DNA of 54,752 nucleotides from Alphaproteobacteria bacterium (GTDB taxonomy: Bacteria; Pseudomonadota; Alphaproteobacteria; SHVP01). The notes below the pieces were generated by a model. It ran no database searches, was not told where the DNA came from, and saw only the letters and a list, made by a program, of their open reading frames with translations. The stretch spans positions 1 to 54,752 of the forward strand of contig JAYQVF010000003.1 in the NCBI GenBank assembly GCA_038148335.1, written 5' to 3'. The position numbers and the translations under genes were made by a program. Each line of letters starts with the position of its first letter. Positions within the stretch are counted from its first letter, which is position 1. Shown in pieces: positions 43,501 to 52,185 of the stretch.

Positions 43501-44175
43501 CTAGTTCGCCGGCCGATAGTTTTCGAGATACTCCTTGACGACGGCGAAGGGCTCGACGTCGGCATACTTGAGCTGCATGTCGCAGAGATTCGAGAAGTGC
43601 GGAATCTCGTGCTTGTCGGCAACGCATTCCTCGGCGACGATCGTGCGGTAACCGCGCGACAGCGAATCCACGCAAGTGGCGCGGACGCAGCCCGAGGTCG
43701 ACCCACCGGTAAGGATCACGGTATCGACCTGGTGCCAGATGCACAGCGACTGCAGCGACGTCTCATGGAACGCCGACGGCATCAGCTTGTTGTAGATGGC
43801 GTCCCGCTTGTGATCGATCTTGAGACGCTCGTCGAACTGGAAGCGCTCCGAATCGACCTTGATGTTCTGCAACGAATCGGGCGTATCGGTCCGGGTGCCC
43901 CAGACACCGGCGTCTTCGCCCGACTCCATGTAGCCGACATGGGTCCAGACGACGGGAAGGCCCCGCGAACGGCACAGGTCCGAGAGTTCGTTGATGAACT
44001 CGAGCTGCTGGGGATGGGTTTCATAGGCCGTCTTGAACTTGCCGACGGCCGTGTAGGCCTTCTGCAGGTCGATGTTGACCAGGATCGGCTTGCGGCCAAA
44101 CCCGAACTTCGCGCGGTTCGGATTCGCCTTTATCTGTGCGTAGTACTCACGTGGCGTGAGATCCGAAGATTCCAT
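43501..44175 (-). CDS. isochorismatase-family cysteine hydrolase (N-carbamoylsarcosine-amidase-like)
   Basis: 224 aa. D-K-C triad context: LVNIDLQ, YNKLMPSAF, LTGGSTSGCVRAT. GGAGGAGG lies upstream. Confidence 0.82.
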   Translation of the reverse strand: MESSDLTPREYYAQIKANPNRAKFGFGRKPILVNIDLQKAYTAVGKFKTAYETHPQQLEFINELSDLCRSRGLPVVWTHVGYMESGEDAGVWGTRTDTPDSLQNIKVDSERFQFDERLKIDHKRDAIYNKLMPSAFHETSLQSLCIWHQVDTVILTGGSTSGCVRATCVDSLSRGYRTIVAEECVADKHEIPHFSNLCDMQLKYADVEPFAVVKEYLENYRPAN

Positions 44176-44300
44176 CCCTGGGTCCTCCTCCCAAAACGAT
44201 CTAGTTCTTTGAAATTGGCGGTAGAATTGAGGCCACTCGGGCCAATGTCAAGCCAAGGCGCGGCTCTGCCCGACCTGCCGACGGGCCGTTTCCGACCTGC

Positions 44301-44825
44301 TCAGGAGAACTTCTCGATGGCGCGCTCGAGGGCGGTCAAGAGCTCGCGGCCGAGGATTCCGCCGTCGCCCTCGACGCGCTCCTTGATGACGGCGTTCATC
44401 GTGTCGATGTGGGACTTGACGATCTCGAGGTGGCTTTCGCCGCTGTGGGCGCGCGCGCCGGTGAACTTGTAAAGCGAGTCGGCGACGGTCGTGACCAGCG
44501 GATAGCCGAAGGTCCCGCCTTGCCCGCGCATGTCATGCGCGATGTCGTTGATGCGCTTCAGCTCGGAGGCGCGCCGGTTCTCTTCCTTCTCACGCGCCTT
44601 GCGAAGCTCGTCGTAGAGCTCGCGCACCTGTCCCTGCACCCAGTCGGGATAGTCTTCGGCGAACTTCTCGAGTTCGGCCATCGCCTCCTCGAGCGCCTTC
44701 ATCGTGAACTTCCCGGGTTCCCGCACCTGACCGGAACTGGCCTTTTCCTTCAGCCGGTTGCGCAGGCGGAAGTACCTGACCTTGATTTTGCCCTTCGGGT
44801 CGAGATCAAGAGATTTCGTCGTCAT
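44301..44825 (-). CDS. Hpt (histidine phosphotransfer) domain protein
   Basis: 174 aa. Hpt consensus around the phosphorylatable His: INDIAHDMRGQGGTFGYP. The start lies 20 nt inside the 3' end of the receiver gene. Confidence 0.75.
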   Translation of the reverse strand: MTTKSLDLDPKGKIKVRYFRLRNRLKEKASSGQVREPGKFTMKALEEAMAELEKFAEDYPDWVQGQVRELYDELRKAREKEENRRASELKRINDIAHDMRGQGGTFGYPLVTTVADSLYKFTGARAHSGESHLEIVKSHIDTMNAVIKERVEGDGGILGRELLTALERAIEKFS

Positions 44826-45360
44826 AGATGATCTCTATTTCTTCCTGCTTGATCTTGCGCCGGTCCGAGAGGCGCGACTCCGTCTTGCGCCGGCGCCGGT
44901 CGGGCCCGAAATAGGTCGACGTCAGGACGAACTGGCGCGGGCGTTCGATCACCTGCCCGATCCGCTGGGTCAGCGACTGGATCGAATAGGGCTTGCTGAG
45001 GATTTCCGTGACGCCCAGGTCGCGGGCCTCGTTGACGTGCCCCATATCGGCGTAGCCGGTGACCATGACGAACGGCAGGAACTTGTCCGGCGACTCCTTG
45101 TGGCGGCGCACCCACTTGAGCAGCAGAAGTCCGTCGACAGGCGACATCTGCCAGTTGGCCATGATGAGATCCACCGAATTGATGCCGCCGCGCGAGGGAT
45201 CCTGACCGACCCGCTTCAACGTTTCGATCGCCTCGGAGCCGTCGTTGACCGCGAAGACGGTGCCCACCCCCATGGTGTGCATGACGGTCTTCAGCAGACT
45301 GCGCATGTAGGCGTTGTCGTCCGCGACGATGACCGTAAAGAGGCCCAGATCGTAGTCCAT
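44806..45360 (-). CDS. CheY-like receiver protein with Asn at the phospho-acceptor position and an Arg-rich C-terminal tail
   Basis: 184 aa. VIVADDN (acidic pocket), VDLIMANWQMSPVDG (aligns to CheY FVISDWNMPNMDG; Asn codon at 45154-45156), VMVTG (Thr), LSKP (Lys). Tail: FGPDRRRRKTESRLSDRRK. Confidence 0.8.
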   Translation of the reverse strand: MDYDLGLFTVIVADDNAYMRSLLKTVMHTMGVGTVFAVNDGSEAIETLKRVGQDPSRGGINSVDLIMANWQMSPVDGLLLLKWVRRHKESPDKFLPFVMVTGYADMGHVNEARDLGVTEILSKPYSIQSLTQRIGQVIERPRQFVLTSTYFGPDRRRRKTESRLSDRRKIKQEEIEIIYDDEIS

Positions 45361-45426
45361 CGCCCTCTTCCGCTACCGATTACGGGGCCAACTTGCCCAA
45401 TCGGCCGGCCGCAGCGAAGCGCGGCC

Positions 45427-46443
45427 TTACACTTTCCAAGTGTAGCCGGAACGCAGCAGCTTGTTGAGATCGGCGTCGGGCGCTTTCGCCTTGGCGTCGT
45501 CGATCTGGCCAACGACACCGCTCTCGTAAGTTGCCGCCGGATTGCAATAAAGAACGCCCAGGGCCACCGGCAAGGTATCGGTGTCCATCGAAGCCAGCAT
45601 CGTGGCGAGGATCTTGTCGGTTTCGTCATGGACGAGGATGTCGTCAGCCGTGATGCCGTTCTCGCCGATGGTGACCGCTTCCAGCTCGTAGCTGCCCGCG
45701 CGAACGCGCAGGCCCCGGTTCGACTCCTTGCCGAACAGCATCGGCTTTCCATGCTCCAGACGCACCTGACGTTCGGTGGCGACCGCCGAATCCTTGAAGC
45801 TGTCGAAGACGCCGTCGTTGTAGACGATGCAGTTCTGGAAGATCTCGACCAGCGAGGCGCCTCGATGTCCGTGCGCGCGCTTGAACATCTCGGGCAAGTG
45901 CTTCTGGTCGGTATCGACCGAACGCGCGACGAAACGCGCGCCCGACCCCAGCGCAAAGAGCGCCGCCGTCACCGGCGCCTCGACCGAGCCCTGGGGCGTC
46001 GAGGGAGAACGGGTGCCGATGCGCGAGGTGGGTGAATACTGCCCCTTGGTCAGGCCGTAAATCTCGTTGTTGAAAATCAGAATCTGCAGATCGACGTTGC
46101 GCCGCAGGGTGTGCATCAGGTGATTGCCGCCGATCGACAACATGTCCCCATCGCCACCTACGACCCAAACGTCGAGTTCGGGGTTGGCGAGCTTGATGCC
46201 GGTCGCGAAGGCCGGCGCGCGGCCATGGATGGTGTGGAACCCGTAAGTGTCCATGTAGTAGGGGAAACGGGCGGCGCACCCGATACCCGATACGAACACC
46301 GTCTTTTCGCGCACCGCACCGATCTCGGGCATCGTGCGCTGCAACGCCTTGAGAATGGCGTAGTCACCGCAGCCCGGGCACCAACGCACTTCCTGATCGG
46401 TAGCGAAGTCCTTCGCCGTCAACTGTTGTGGTGCGACGTTCAT
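45427..46443 (-). CDS. korB: 2-oxoacid:ferredoxin (acceptor) oxidoreductase, beta subunit
   Basis: ORF 45427-46464. The ATG at 46441-46443 (MNVAPQQLTAKDF...) lies 1 nt after the korA stop. Cys motif WCPGCGDY and TPP-binding GGDGD. Confidence 0.9.
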   Translation of the reverse strand: MNVAPQQLTAKDFATDQEVRWCPGCGDYAILKALQRTMPEIGAVREKTVFVSGIGCAARFPYYMDTYGFHTIHGRAPAFATGIKLANPELDVWVVGGDGDMLSIGGNHLMHTLRRNVDLQILIFNNEIYGLTKGQYSPTSRIGTRSPSTPQGSVEAPVTAALFALGSGARFVARSVDTDQKHLPEMFKRAHGHRGASLVEIFQNCIVYNDGVFDSFKDSAVATERQVRLEHGKPMLFGKESNRGLRVRAGSYELEAVTIGENGITADDILVHDETDKILATMLASMDTDTLPVALGVLYCNPAATYESGVVGQIDDAKAKAPDADLNKLLRSGYTWKV

Positions 46444-46444
46444 C

Positions 46445-48313
46445 CTAGGCCCCCAGACGCGCACGGACGGCGCTCTCGATTTCGCTGATCTTGAACGGCT
46501 GGCCGGACACTTTGGACACCTTCTCGGCCGGCACCAGATACTCGGCGCGCAACACCGTGGAAAGCTGCCCGGTGTTCATCTCCGGCACGAGGACGTGTTT
46601 GAAGCCGGAGAGCAGTTGCCCGAGATTGCGCGGCAGCGGCCAGATGTGACGCAGATGGATTTGCGCGACCGAATGCCCTTCGGCCAGCAGGTTCGACACC
46701 GCGCGATCGATAGGTCCGTACGTCGAACCCCAACCAACCACAACGATGTCGCCGGAGGTCGGCCCCTGCTCAACCGACTGCTCGGGAATATCGTTGGCGA
46801 TGCCGTCGATCTTGGCCTTACGGACGTCGGTCATCTTCTGGTGGTTTGCGGAGTCGTACGAGATGTGACCCGTCGTGTAAGACCGTTCGATGCCGCCAAT
46901 CCGATGTTCCAGACCGGGCGTACCGGGAATCGCCCAGTTGCGGGCAAGCGTCTTCTCGTCGCGCCGGAACGGGTGGAAACCTTCGGTTTCCGTACGGAAC
47001 GAAACGGGGAAGGCCTCGATGTCCTTCATGTCCGGGATAAGCCACGGCTCGGCAGCATTGGCGATGTAGCCATCGGTCAGCAGCATGACCGGGGTCATGT
47101 ATTTCGTCGCCAGACGAACGGCTTCGACAGCCGTGTCGAAACAATCGGAAGGCGACCGCGACGCGAGCACAACCAGCGGCGCATCGGCGTTGCGGCCGTA
47201 AACCGCCTGATAGAGATCCGACTGCTCGGTCTTCGTCGGCATGCCGGTAGATGGACCGGCACGCTGCGAGTTGACCACGACCAGCGGCAGTTCTGTGCCG
47301 ATGGCAAGACCAATGGCCTCGCCCTTGAGCGCAATGCCGGGCCCGGAGCTCGAGGTGATGCCCAGCATGCCGGCAAACGATGCGCCGATCGCAGAGCACA
47401 CGGCCGCGATCTCGTCCTCGGCCTGGAAGGTGACCACGCCGAACTGCTTCATGCGCGCCAGGATATGTAGAAGCGGCGACGCCGGCGTGATCGGGTACGA
47501 GCCGAGCATGATCTCAAGACCAGCCTTTTGGGCACCAGCGACCAGGCCCCAGGCCAGCGCTTCACCCCCCGACACCGTCCGATACTGACCCGGGGTAATT
47601 TCCGCCGGACGCACCGTGAACGTCGGCATGTCGCCAGCCAGTTCAGCCGTCTCGCCAAAGGCATGGCCGGCATTGAGCGCCGCGATATTGGCGTCGGCCA
47701 GATCCTTGCGGTCGGCGAATTTCCGATTGAGCCAGTCAACGGTCGTCTGCCGATCCCGGCCGTACATCCAGTAGATGAGGCCGAGGGTCCAAAGATTCTT
47801 GCAGCGCAGCGCCTCTTTCTTGCCGAGACCCGTGTCCTTTACCGCTTCCATGGTGAGTGTCGAAACGTCGATCTCGACCACGCGGTAGCTTTCAAGCGTC
47901 GCATCTTCGAGCGGATTCGTGTCGAAGCCGGCGCGCTTGATGTTCCGCTCGTTGAAACTTCCGGTATCGACGATGATGACGCCGCCTTTTCGGACGTTCC
48001 CCAGCTCGACCTTGAGCGCGGCCGGGTTCATCGCGACGAGAACATCGATAGCGTCGCCCGAAGTCTTGATCCGGCGCGCACCAAAGTTGATCTGGAACGA
48101 GGAAACGCCAAATGTCGTCCCCGTGGGCGCCCGAATTTCGGCAGGAAAATCCGGGAATGTCGCCAAGTCGTTGCCGGCGAGAGCCGTCGCCTGGGTGAAC
48201 TGGCCGCCGGTCAGCTGCATACCGTCGCCGGAGTCGCCGGCGAAACGAACAACGACCGATTCGCGCTCCTGGCGCGGCTCGGAAACCTCAGCCACGGCGG
48301 CCGTACTTGCCAT
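46445..48313 (-). CDS. korA: 2-oxoacid:ferredoxin (acceptor) oxidoreductase, alpha subunit
   Basis: 622 aa. N-terminal gamma-like domain (VVRFAGDSGDGMQLTG) fused to an alpha domain (GSYPITPAS...), typical of the KorA/OorA type. Confidence 0.9.
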   Translation of the reverse strand: MASTAAVAEVSEPRQERESVVVRFAGDSGDGMQLTGGQFTQATALAGNDLATFPDFPAEIRAPTGTTFGVSSFQINFGARRIKTSGDAIDVLVAMNPAALKVELGNVRKGGVIIVDTGSFNERNIKRAGFDTNPLEDATLESYRVVEIDVSTLTMEAVKDTGLGKKEALRCKNLWTLGLIYWMYGRDRQTTVDWLNRKFADRKDLADANIAALNAGHAFGETAELAGDMPTFTVRPAEITPGQYRTVSGGEALAWGLVAGAQKAGLEIMLGSYPITPASPLLHILARMKQFGVVTFQAEDEIAAVCSAIGASFAGMLGITSSSGPGIALKGEAIGLAIGTELPLVVVNSQRAGPSTGMPTKTEQSDLYQAVYGRNADAPLVVLASRSPSDCFDTAVEAVRLATKYMTPVMLLTDGYIANAAEPWLIPDMKDIEAFPVSFRTETEGFHPFRRDEKTLARNWAIPGTPGLEHRIGGIERSYTTGHISYDSANHQKMTDVRKAKIDGIANDIPEQSVEQGPTSGDIVVVGWGSTYGPIDRAVSNLLAEGHSVAQIHLRHIWPLPRNLGQLLSGFKHVLVPEMNTGQLSTVLRAEYLVPAEKVSKVSGQPFKISEIESAVRARLGA

Positions 48314-48430
48314 CAGACTTCTCCACTCCTCGGGGCGTCGCGGACCATAAGTCCGGCCTATTGGCTAATCAAGGGAATTGACTGGCCAGCTTCATCGGCA
48401 AACCCGCAGAAAAGCTAGGGTCTATAGCCT

Positions 48431-49735
48431 CTAGTTGCCCAGTACAGAGAGCATCTCCTGCACCGTCTCAAACTTCCTGCGCGGCGCGGGATCGGGCGCC
48501 GCCGCGACTTCGGCGGACTCGATTTTCTTCCAGTCGTGGAAGTTCACAACGCGCACGCCGCGCTCGGCGAGCAGTTTCGCCAGCGCATCCCGTCCCGGCT
48601 TGGCACCGGCTCCGCAGTCCTGGGCGATATGTTCGGCAGCCGCAGCCCCATCGGGCCGGTTGGTCGAGATGACGCCGCTCGGCCCGCGCTTGACCCAGCC
48701 CACGGCATAGAGGCCCGGCGCCACCCGGCCGTCGTCGTGGACGACCACAGAGTTCTTTTCGTCGAACGGGACATCGTCGATCGGAAGCGAGCGATAGCCC
48801 ACCGCCGGAATGACCAGTCCGCACTCGATCTCGAAGAACTCGCCGGTACCAACCGACCGACCGTTCTCGACGCGCGTTTTCTCGAGCCGCAGCCCTTCGA
48901 CGTGGTCGCCGCCCAGGACCTCGACCGGATTGGCGTAGAAAGCGAAATGAACATGCTTTGGCGCATCGCCGGGCTTGTTCCTGGCAAATTCCTTCAACGT
49001 CGCGAGGTTCTTTTCCTTGAGGCGCTGGTCACGGTCGTCCTCGAGCTTGCCGACTTCATCGGGAAGCTGCGCCGGGTCTACCAGCGCCACCGCGTTGTGG
49101 AGTTCCCCCATTTCGCGCAGTTCGACGTTCGTGAACTTGGCCTCGATGGGACCGCGGCGGCCGAACATATAGACATCCGTAATCGGCGAGGCCTCGATCG
49201 CCGCCGCCGCGTATTCCGGAAGATCCGAATCGGCCATTTCCTGGCGTGTCTTGACGAGGACTCGGGCAATGTCGATCGCCACATTGCCATTGCCGATCAC
49301 CGCCACGTTTTTCGTGTTCAGGTCTGGGTCGAGGTGCCGCAGATCGGGGTGGGCGTTGTACCAACCGACGAACGTCGCCGAGCCGATCACGCCTTTCTTG
49401 TCTTCGCCGGGAATGCCGCAGAGCCGGTCGTGCCCGGCCCCTACGGCCAGAACGACGGCATCGTACATCTCGCGCAGCTCCGCCAGCGAAACATCGCGCC
49501 CGATCTCGACGTTGCCGAAGAATTCGCAGCAGTCGGTCTGTGCGGTTTTCTCGAATGCGCGCGACACCTTCTTGGTGGTCTGGTGGTCGGGAGCAACGCC
49601 TGCACGGATCAGTCCGTAGGGCGTCGGCAAGCGGTCGATCATGTCGATCCGGCAGTCGACGCCCTTCTTGATCAGGGCATCGGCAGTATAGAAGCCGGCC
49701 GGACCGGTCCCGATGATGGCGACGCTGATGGTCAT
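48431..49735 (-). CDS. FprA/adrenodoxin-reductase-type NADPH:ferredoxin reductase
   Basis: 434 aa. IIGTGPAGFY, LPTPYGLIRAGVAPDH, and a second Rossmann motif VIGNGNVAIDIAR. Colinear with my recollection of mycobacterial FprA. Confidence 0.85.
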   Translation of the reverse strand: MTISVAIIGTGPAGFYTADALIKKGVDCRIDMIDRLPTPYGLIRAGVAPDHQTTKKVSRAFEKTAQTDCCEFFGNVEIGRDVSLAELREMYDAVVLAVGAGHDRLCGIPGEDKKGVIGSATFVGWYNAHPDLRHLDPDLNTKNVAVIGNGNVAIDIARVLVKTRQEMADSDLPEYAAAAIEASPITDVYMFGRRGPIEAKFTNVELREMGELHNAVALVDPAQLPDEVGKLEDDRDQRLKEKNLATLKEFARNKPGDAPKHVHFAFYANPVEVLGGDHVEGLRLEKTRVENGRSVGTGEFFEIECGLVIPAVGYRSLPIDDVPFDEKNSVVVHDDGRVAPGLYAVGWVKRGPSGVISTNRPDGAAAAEHIAQDCGAGAKPGRDALAKLLAERGVRVVNFHDWKKIESAEVAAAPDPAPRRKFETVQEMLSVLGN

Positions 49736-49813
49736 GGTGCCCGTCCTCCCCTACGCGGCAGACCCAGTATTTTCATGGAGTATAGGGGCAACCATCCCCC
49801 GCGCAACGCACCC

Positions 49814-50638
49814 TCAGAGCAGGTTGAAGCGCATATTTTCCCGCGCAACGATGGCGCCGCTCCACATCTGCCGCGCCTCGGTCTCGACCTGCTCCATGAA
49901 GCCGTCCTCGTGGTCCGGATCGTGATGGAAGATGCCGAGGGTCTTCACGTTGGCCGCCTGGCAAAGGCGCACGCCTTCTTGCCAGGTCGAATGGCCCCAG
50001 CCTACGCGGCCGGGAAATTCCTTGTCCGTGTAGGTGCAGTCGTAGACGACGAGATCCGCTCCCTCGATAAGGGCGAGGATATTCTGGTCGGGCGAGCCGA
50101 CGATGTGCTCGGTGTCGGTGACGTAGCACATCGACTTGCCGCCGTGTTCGATCCGGTATCCGGTCGCACCGTTGGGATGGTTCAGCGCCGCCGTCCTGAC
50201 GGTCACCTCGTTAAAGAGCTTGAACGTCTCGCCCGCCTCGAAATCCTCGAATGCCATGCTGGCGCCCATCATCTCGAGCGGCACCGGGAAAGTCGGCTGC
50301 GCCATCGTGCCGGCGAGGATCTTTTCGATCCCCCCATGATCCGTCAGATGGCCGGCCATGACGACGAACTCGTTGCCCTTGGAGAATGCGGGCGAAAAGA
50401 AGGGAAACCCGTTGATGTGGTCCCAGTGGGTATGGGACATCAGAAGCCGGGCCGAAGTGATGCCCTTGCGCTGCAGCCAGTGACCGAGATTGCGGATTCC
50501 CGTGCCAGCATCGAGAATGAGGCGATTGCCGTTGACGGCGACCTCGATGCAGCTGGTGTTCCCGCCAAAGGCGACGTGGCGCGGCGAAGGACACGCAATG
50601 CTTCCGCGCACGCCCCAAAACTTGATCTTGAAACTCAT
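49814..50638 (-). CDS. MBL-fold metallo-hydrolase
   Basis: 274 aa with the SHTHWDH metal motif. Class II phosphodiesterase/PhnP-like layout. Confidence 0.85.
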   Translation of the reverse strand: MSFKIKFWGVRGSIACPSPRHVAFGGNTSCIEVAVNGNRLILDAGTGIRNLGHWLQRKGITSARLLMSHTHWDHINGFPFFSPAFSKGNEFVVMAGHLTDHGGIEKILAGTMAQPTFPVPLEMMGASMAFEDFEAGETFKLFNEVTVRTAALNHPNGATGYRIEHGGKSMCYVTDTEHIVGSPDQNILALIEGADLVVYDCTYTDKEFPGRVGWGHSTWQEGVRLCQAANVKTLGIFHHDPDHEDGFMEQVETEARQMWSGAIVARENMRFNLL

Positions 50639-50832
50639 TGCCAGTGAGGTCTCTGCGGGGTTCCGTGGCCGCTTATTGAGGACATCCGGACTACTTTGAC
50701 CGGTCTTGGCCCGACATTCCAGCCGAAATGTTGCCCTCTATCTGGCTGGTTTGCGAGGAAAATCCGATAGTTACCGCGCTTTTATGCGGCAAGATGTTAA
50801 CAAATCGCTCAGCTGTGGCATCACAGTGCGCC

Positions 50833-51087
50833 TCAAGGCCCATCCTCAAGGATATCTCGACCGCGCTCCGTCAGGCGGCATACAAGCCAGTCCGGCTTGA
50901 TGGGATTCTCGAACCAAGGCTCCGCCCATCCCTGCGCGATGCAATGGCGAATGGTTCGGGTGCTGATCTGTTGGCCAGCGGAGTCGAATAGAGGCAGTTT
51001 GCCACCCGGCTGGACCAGGCCACGGCGAAGATAGCGCCGTTGTGCGGCGGTGGGCTTGGTGGGCTGCTTGATTTGCTTGCCGGACAT
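50833..51087 (-). CDS. small basic hypothetical protein (possible winged-helix?)
   Basis: ORF 50833-51129. The start is uncertain (ATG at 51087 or 51129; neither has a good SD). MSGKQIKQPTKPTAAQRRYLRRGLVQPGG.... I recognise no family. Confidence 0.45.
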   Translation of the reverse strand: MSGKQIKQPTKPTAAQRRYLRRGLVQPGGKLPLFDSAGQQISTRTIRHCIAQGWAEPWFENPIKPDWLVCRLTERGRDILEDGP

Positions 51088-51206
51088 GGCCAGGAGCCTA
51101 GACCAGGCGCTGGGCCGCGCCAATCGCATTTGCTGGCGTTGTCCACTAGGACTGGTTGCAGCGGCCGAAGTCTTGTATCAGTACCCACCGGCTCGGGAGG
51201 GGAGGC

Positions 51207-52130
51207 GTGCCAGTTTCTACGCTGGACAGGTTTCGCGGCGCATTGCTCGGCGGCGCAGTGGGGGACGCCATTGGCGAGCTTGCATCTGTACACGGGGACG
51301 CCGATTCGCTGACCGACTGGCTCAGCGAAGGCGATACTTTGCGCTATACCGACGACACGGCGATGTCGATCGGCCTGGCGGAAGCGCTCAGCCTCTCGGG
51401 CGGCGTCAGCGAGGACGAGATCGGCCGGATTTTCCAGCGCAACTACGGACGCGAACCCTGGCGCGACTACAGCTCAAGCGTTCCCGCCATCTTCGCCATG
51501 GTCAAACGGCACGACATCTCGTTTTCCGAAGCCGCAGGACGCCTGCACGACGGCGTCGGTTCCTGGGGCAACGGCGCCGCCATGCGGATTGCGCCGCTGG
51601 GCGTCCTGTATCGTGAGTCCGAAGACCTGCGCGACCTGGCAGAGCGGTCGGCGCGGATTACCCACACCCATCCGCTGGGCATCGACGGCGCCGCGGTGAT
51701 GGCCTGGGCCGTCGGGCAGCTGGCTAAATACGACGCCAAGGACAAGTTCCCTTTCGCGGCATTCTGCACCGGGCTGGTGCGGTTTGCGCAAACCAAGGAG
51801 TTGCGGCTCAAGCTGGCACAGGTCGTCGAGCTGATTGCACGCAAGGCGCCACCCCGCGAAGCTGCCACCACCCTCTCGCTGTCACAGTCAGTCCACGAAT
51901 CCCTGCCCTTCTCGCTCTATGCGTTCCTGCGTCACCGCAATTCCTACAAGGATTGCGTCTATACCGCGGTTCTGCAGGGTGGCGACGAAGACACCCTGGG
52001 ATCGATGGCGGGTGCCCTTTCGGGCACGTATCTGGGCGCCGGCAGCATTCCCAAGGACTGGCTGCAACGCATCGAGAACAAGGAACTCTTGGAAGACCTG
52101 GCAAAACGTCTCGCCAGCATGGACGTCTAG
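51207..52130 (+). CDS. ADP-ribosylglycohydrolase-family protein (ARH/DraG-like)
   Basis: In frame with ORF 51156-52130. The GTG at 51207 follows GGGAGGGGAGG. Motifs: GGAVGDAIGE, RYTDDT, GNGAAMRIAP, QGGDEDT. Confidence 0.85.
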   Translation: MPVSTLDRFRGALLGGAVGDAIGELASVHGDADSLTDWLSEGDTLRYTDDTAMSIGLAEALSLSGGVSEDEIGRIFQRNYGREPWRDYSSSVPAIFAMVKRHDISFSEAAGRLHDGVGSWGNGAAMRIAPLGVLYRESEDLRDLAERSARITHTHPLGIDGAAVMAWAVGQLAKYDAKDKFPFAAFCTGLVRFAQTKELRLKLAQVVELIARKAPPREAATTLSLSQSVHESLPFSLYAFLRHRNSYKDCVYTAVLQGGDEDTLGSMAGALSGTYLGAGSIPKDWLQRIENKELLEDLAKRLASMDV

Positions 52131-52185
52131 TCCCCGCGCCTCGCCGGTTCTGCTACCATTCCGCAGCAACGCCATGGAGGGAGCC

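Noticed and set aside
43501-44175. Isochorismatase-family gene as a siderophore (EntB-type) biosynthesis gene.
   Set aside because: It has no aryl-carrier domain, no entA/C/E-like neighbours and no NRPS. The D-K-C context and its neighbours fit an amidase-type cysteine hydrolase better.
48536-50647. 703-aa plus-strand ORF.
   Set aside because: It is antisense to the FprA-type reductase and MBL hydrolase genes, both of which have clear motifs. The composition is RGD-rich shadow sequence.
50639-50832. Lower-GC spacer considered as a tRNA, sRNA or riboswitch.
   Set aside because: I see no cloverleaf-compatible arms or T-loop consensus, no strong hairpin plus T-run, and no motif I recognise. 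It is kept only as a promoter-region remark in the findings.
51207-52130. Calling the ADP-ribosylglycohydrolase DraG (a regulator of nitrogenase).
   Set aside because: No draT, nifHDK or other nitrogen-fixation genes are in the window. The family is broad, so only the family-level call is justified.
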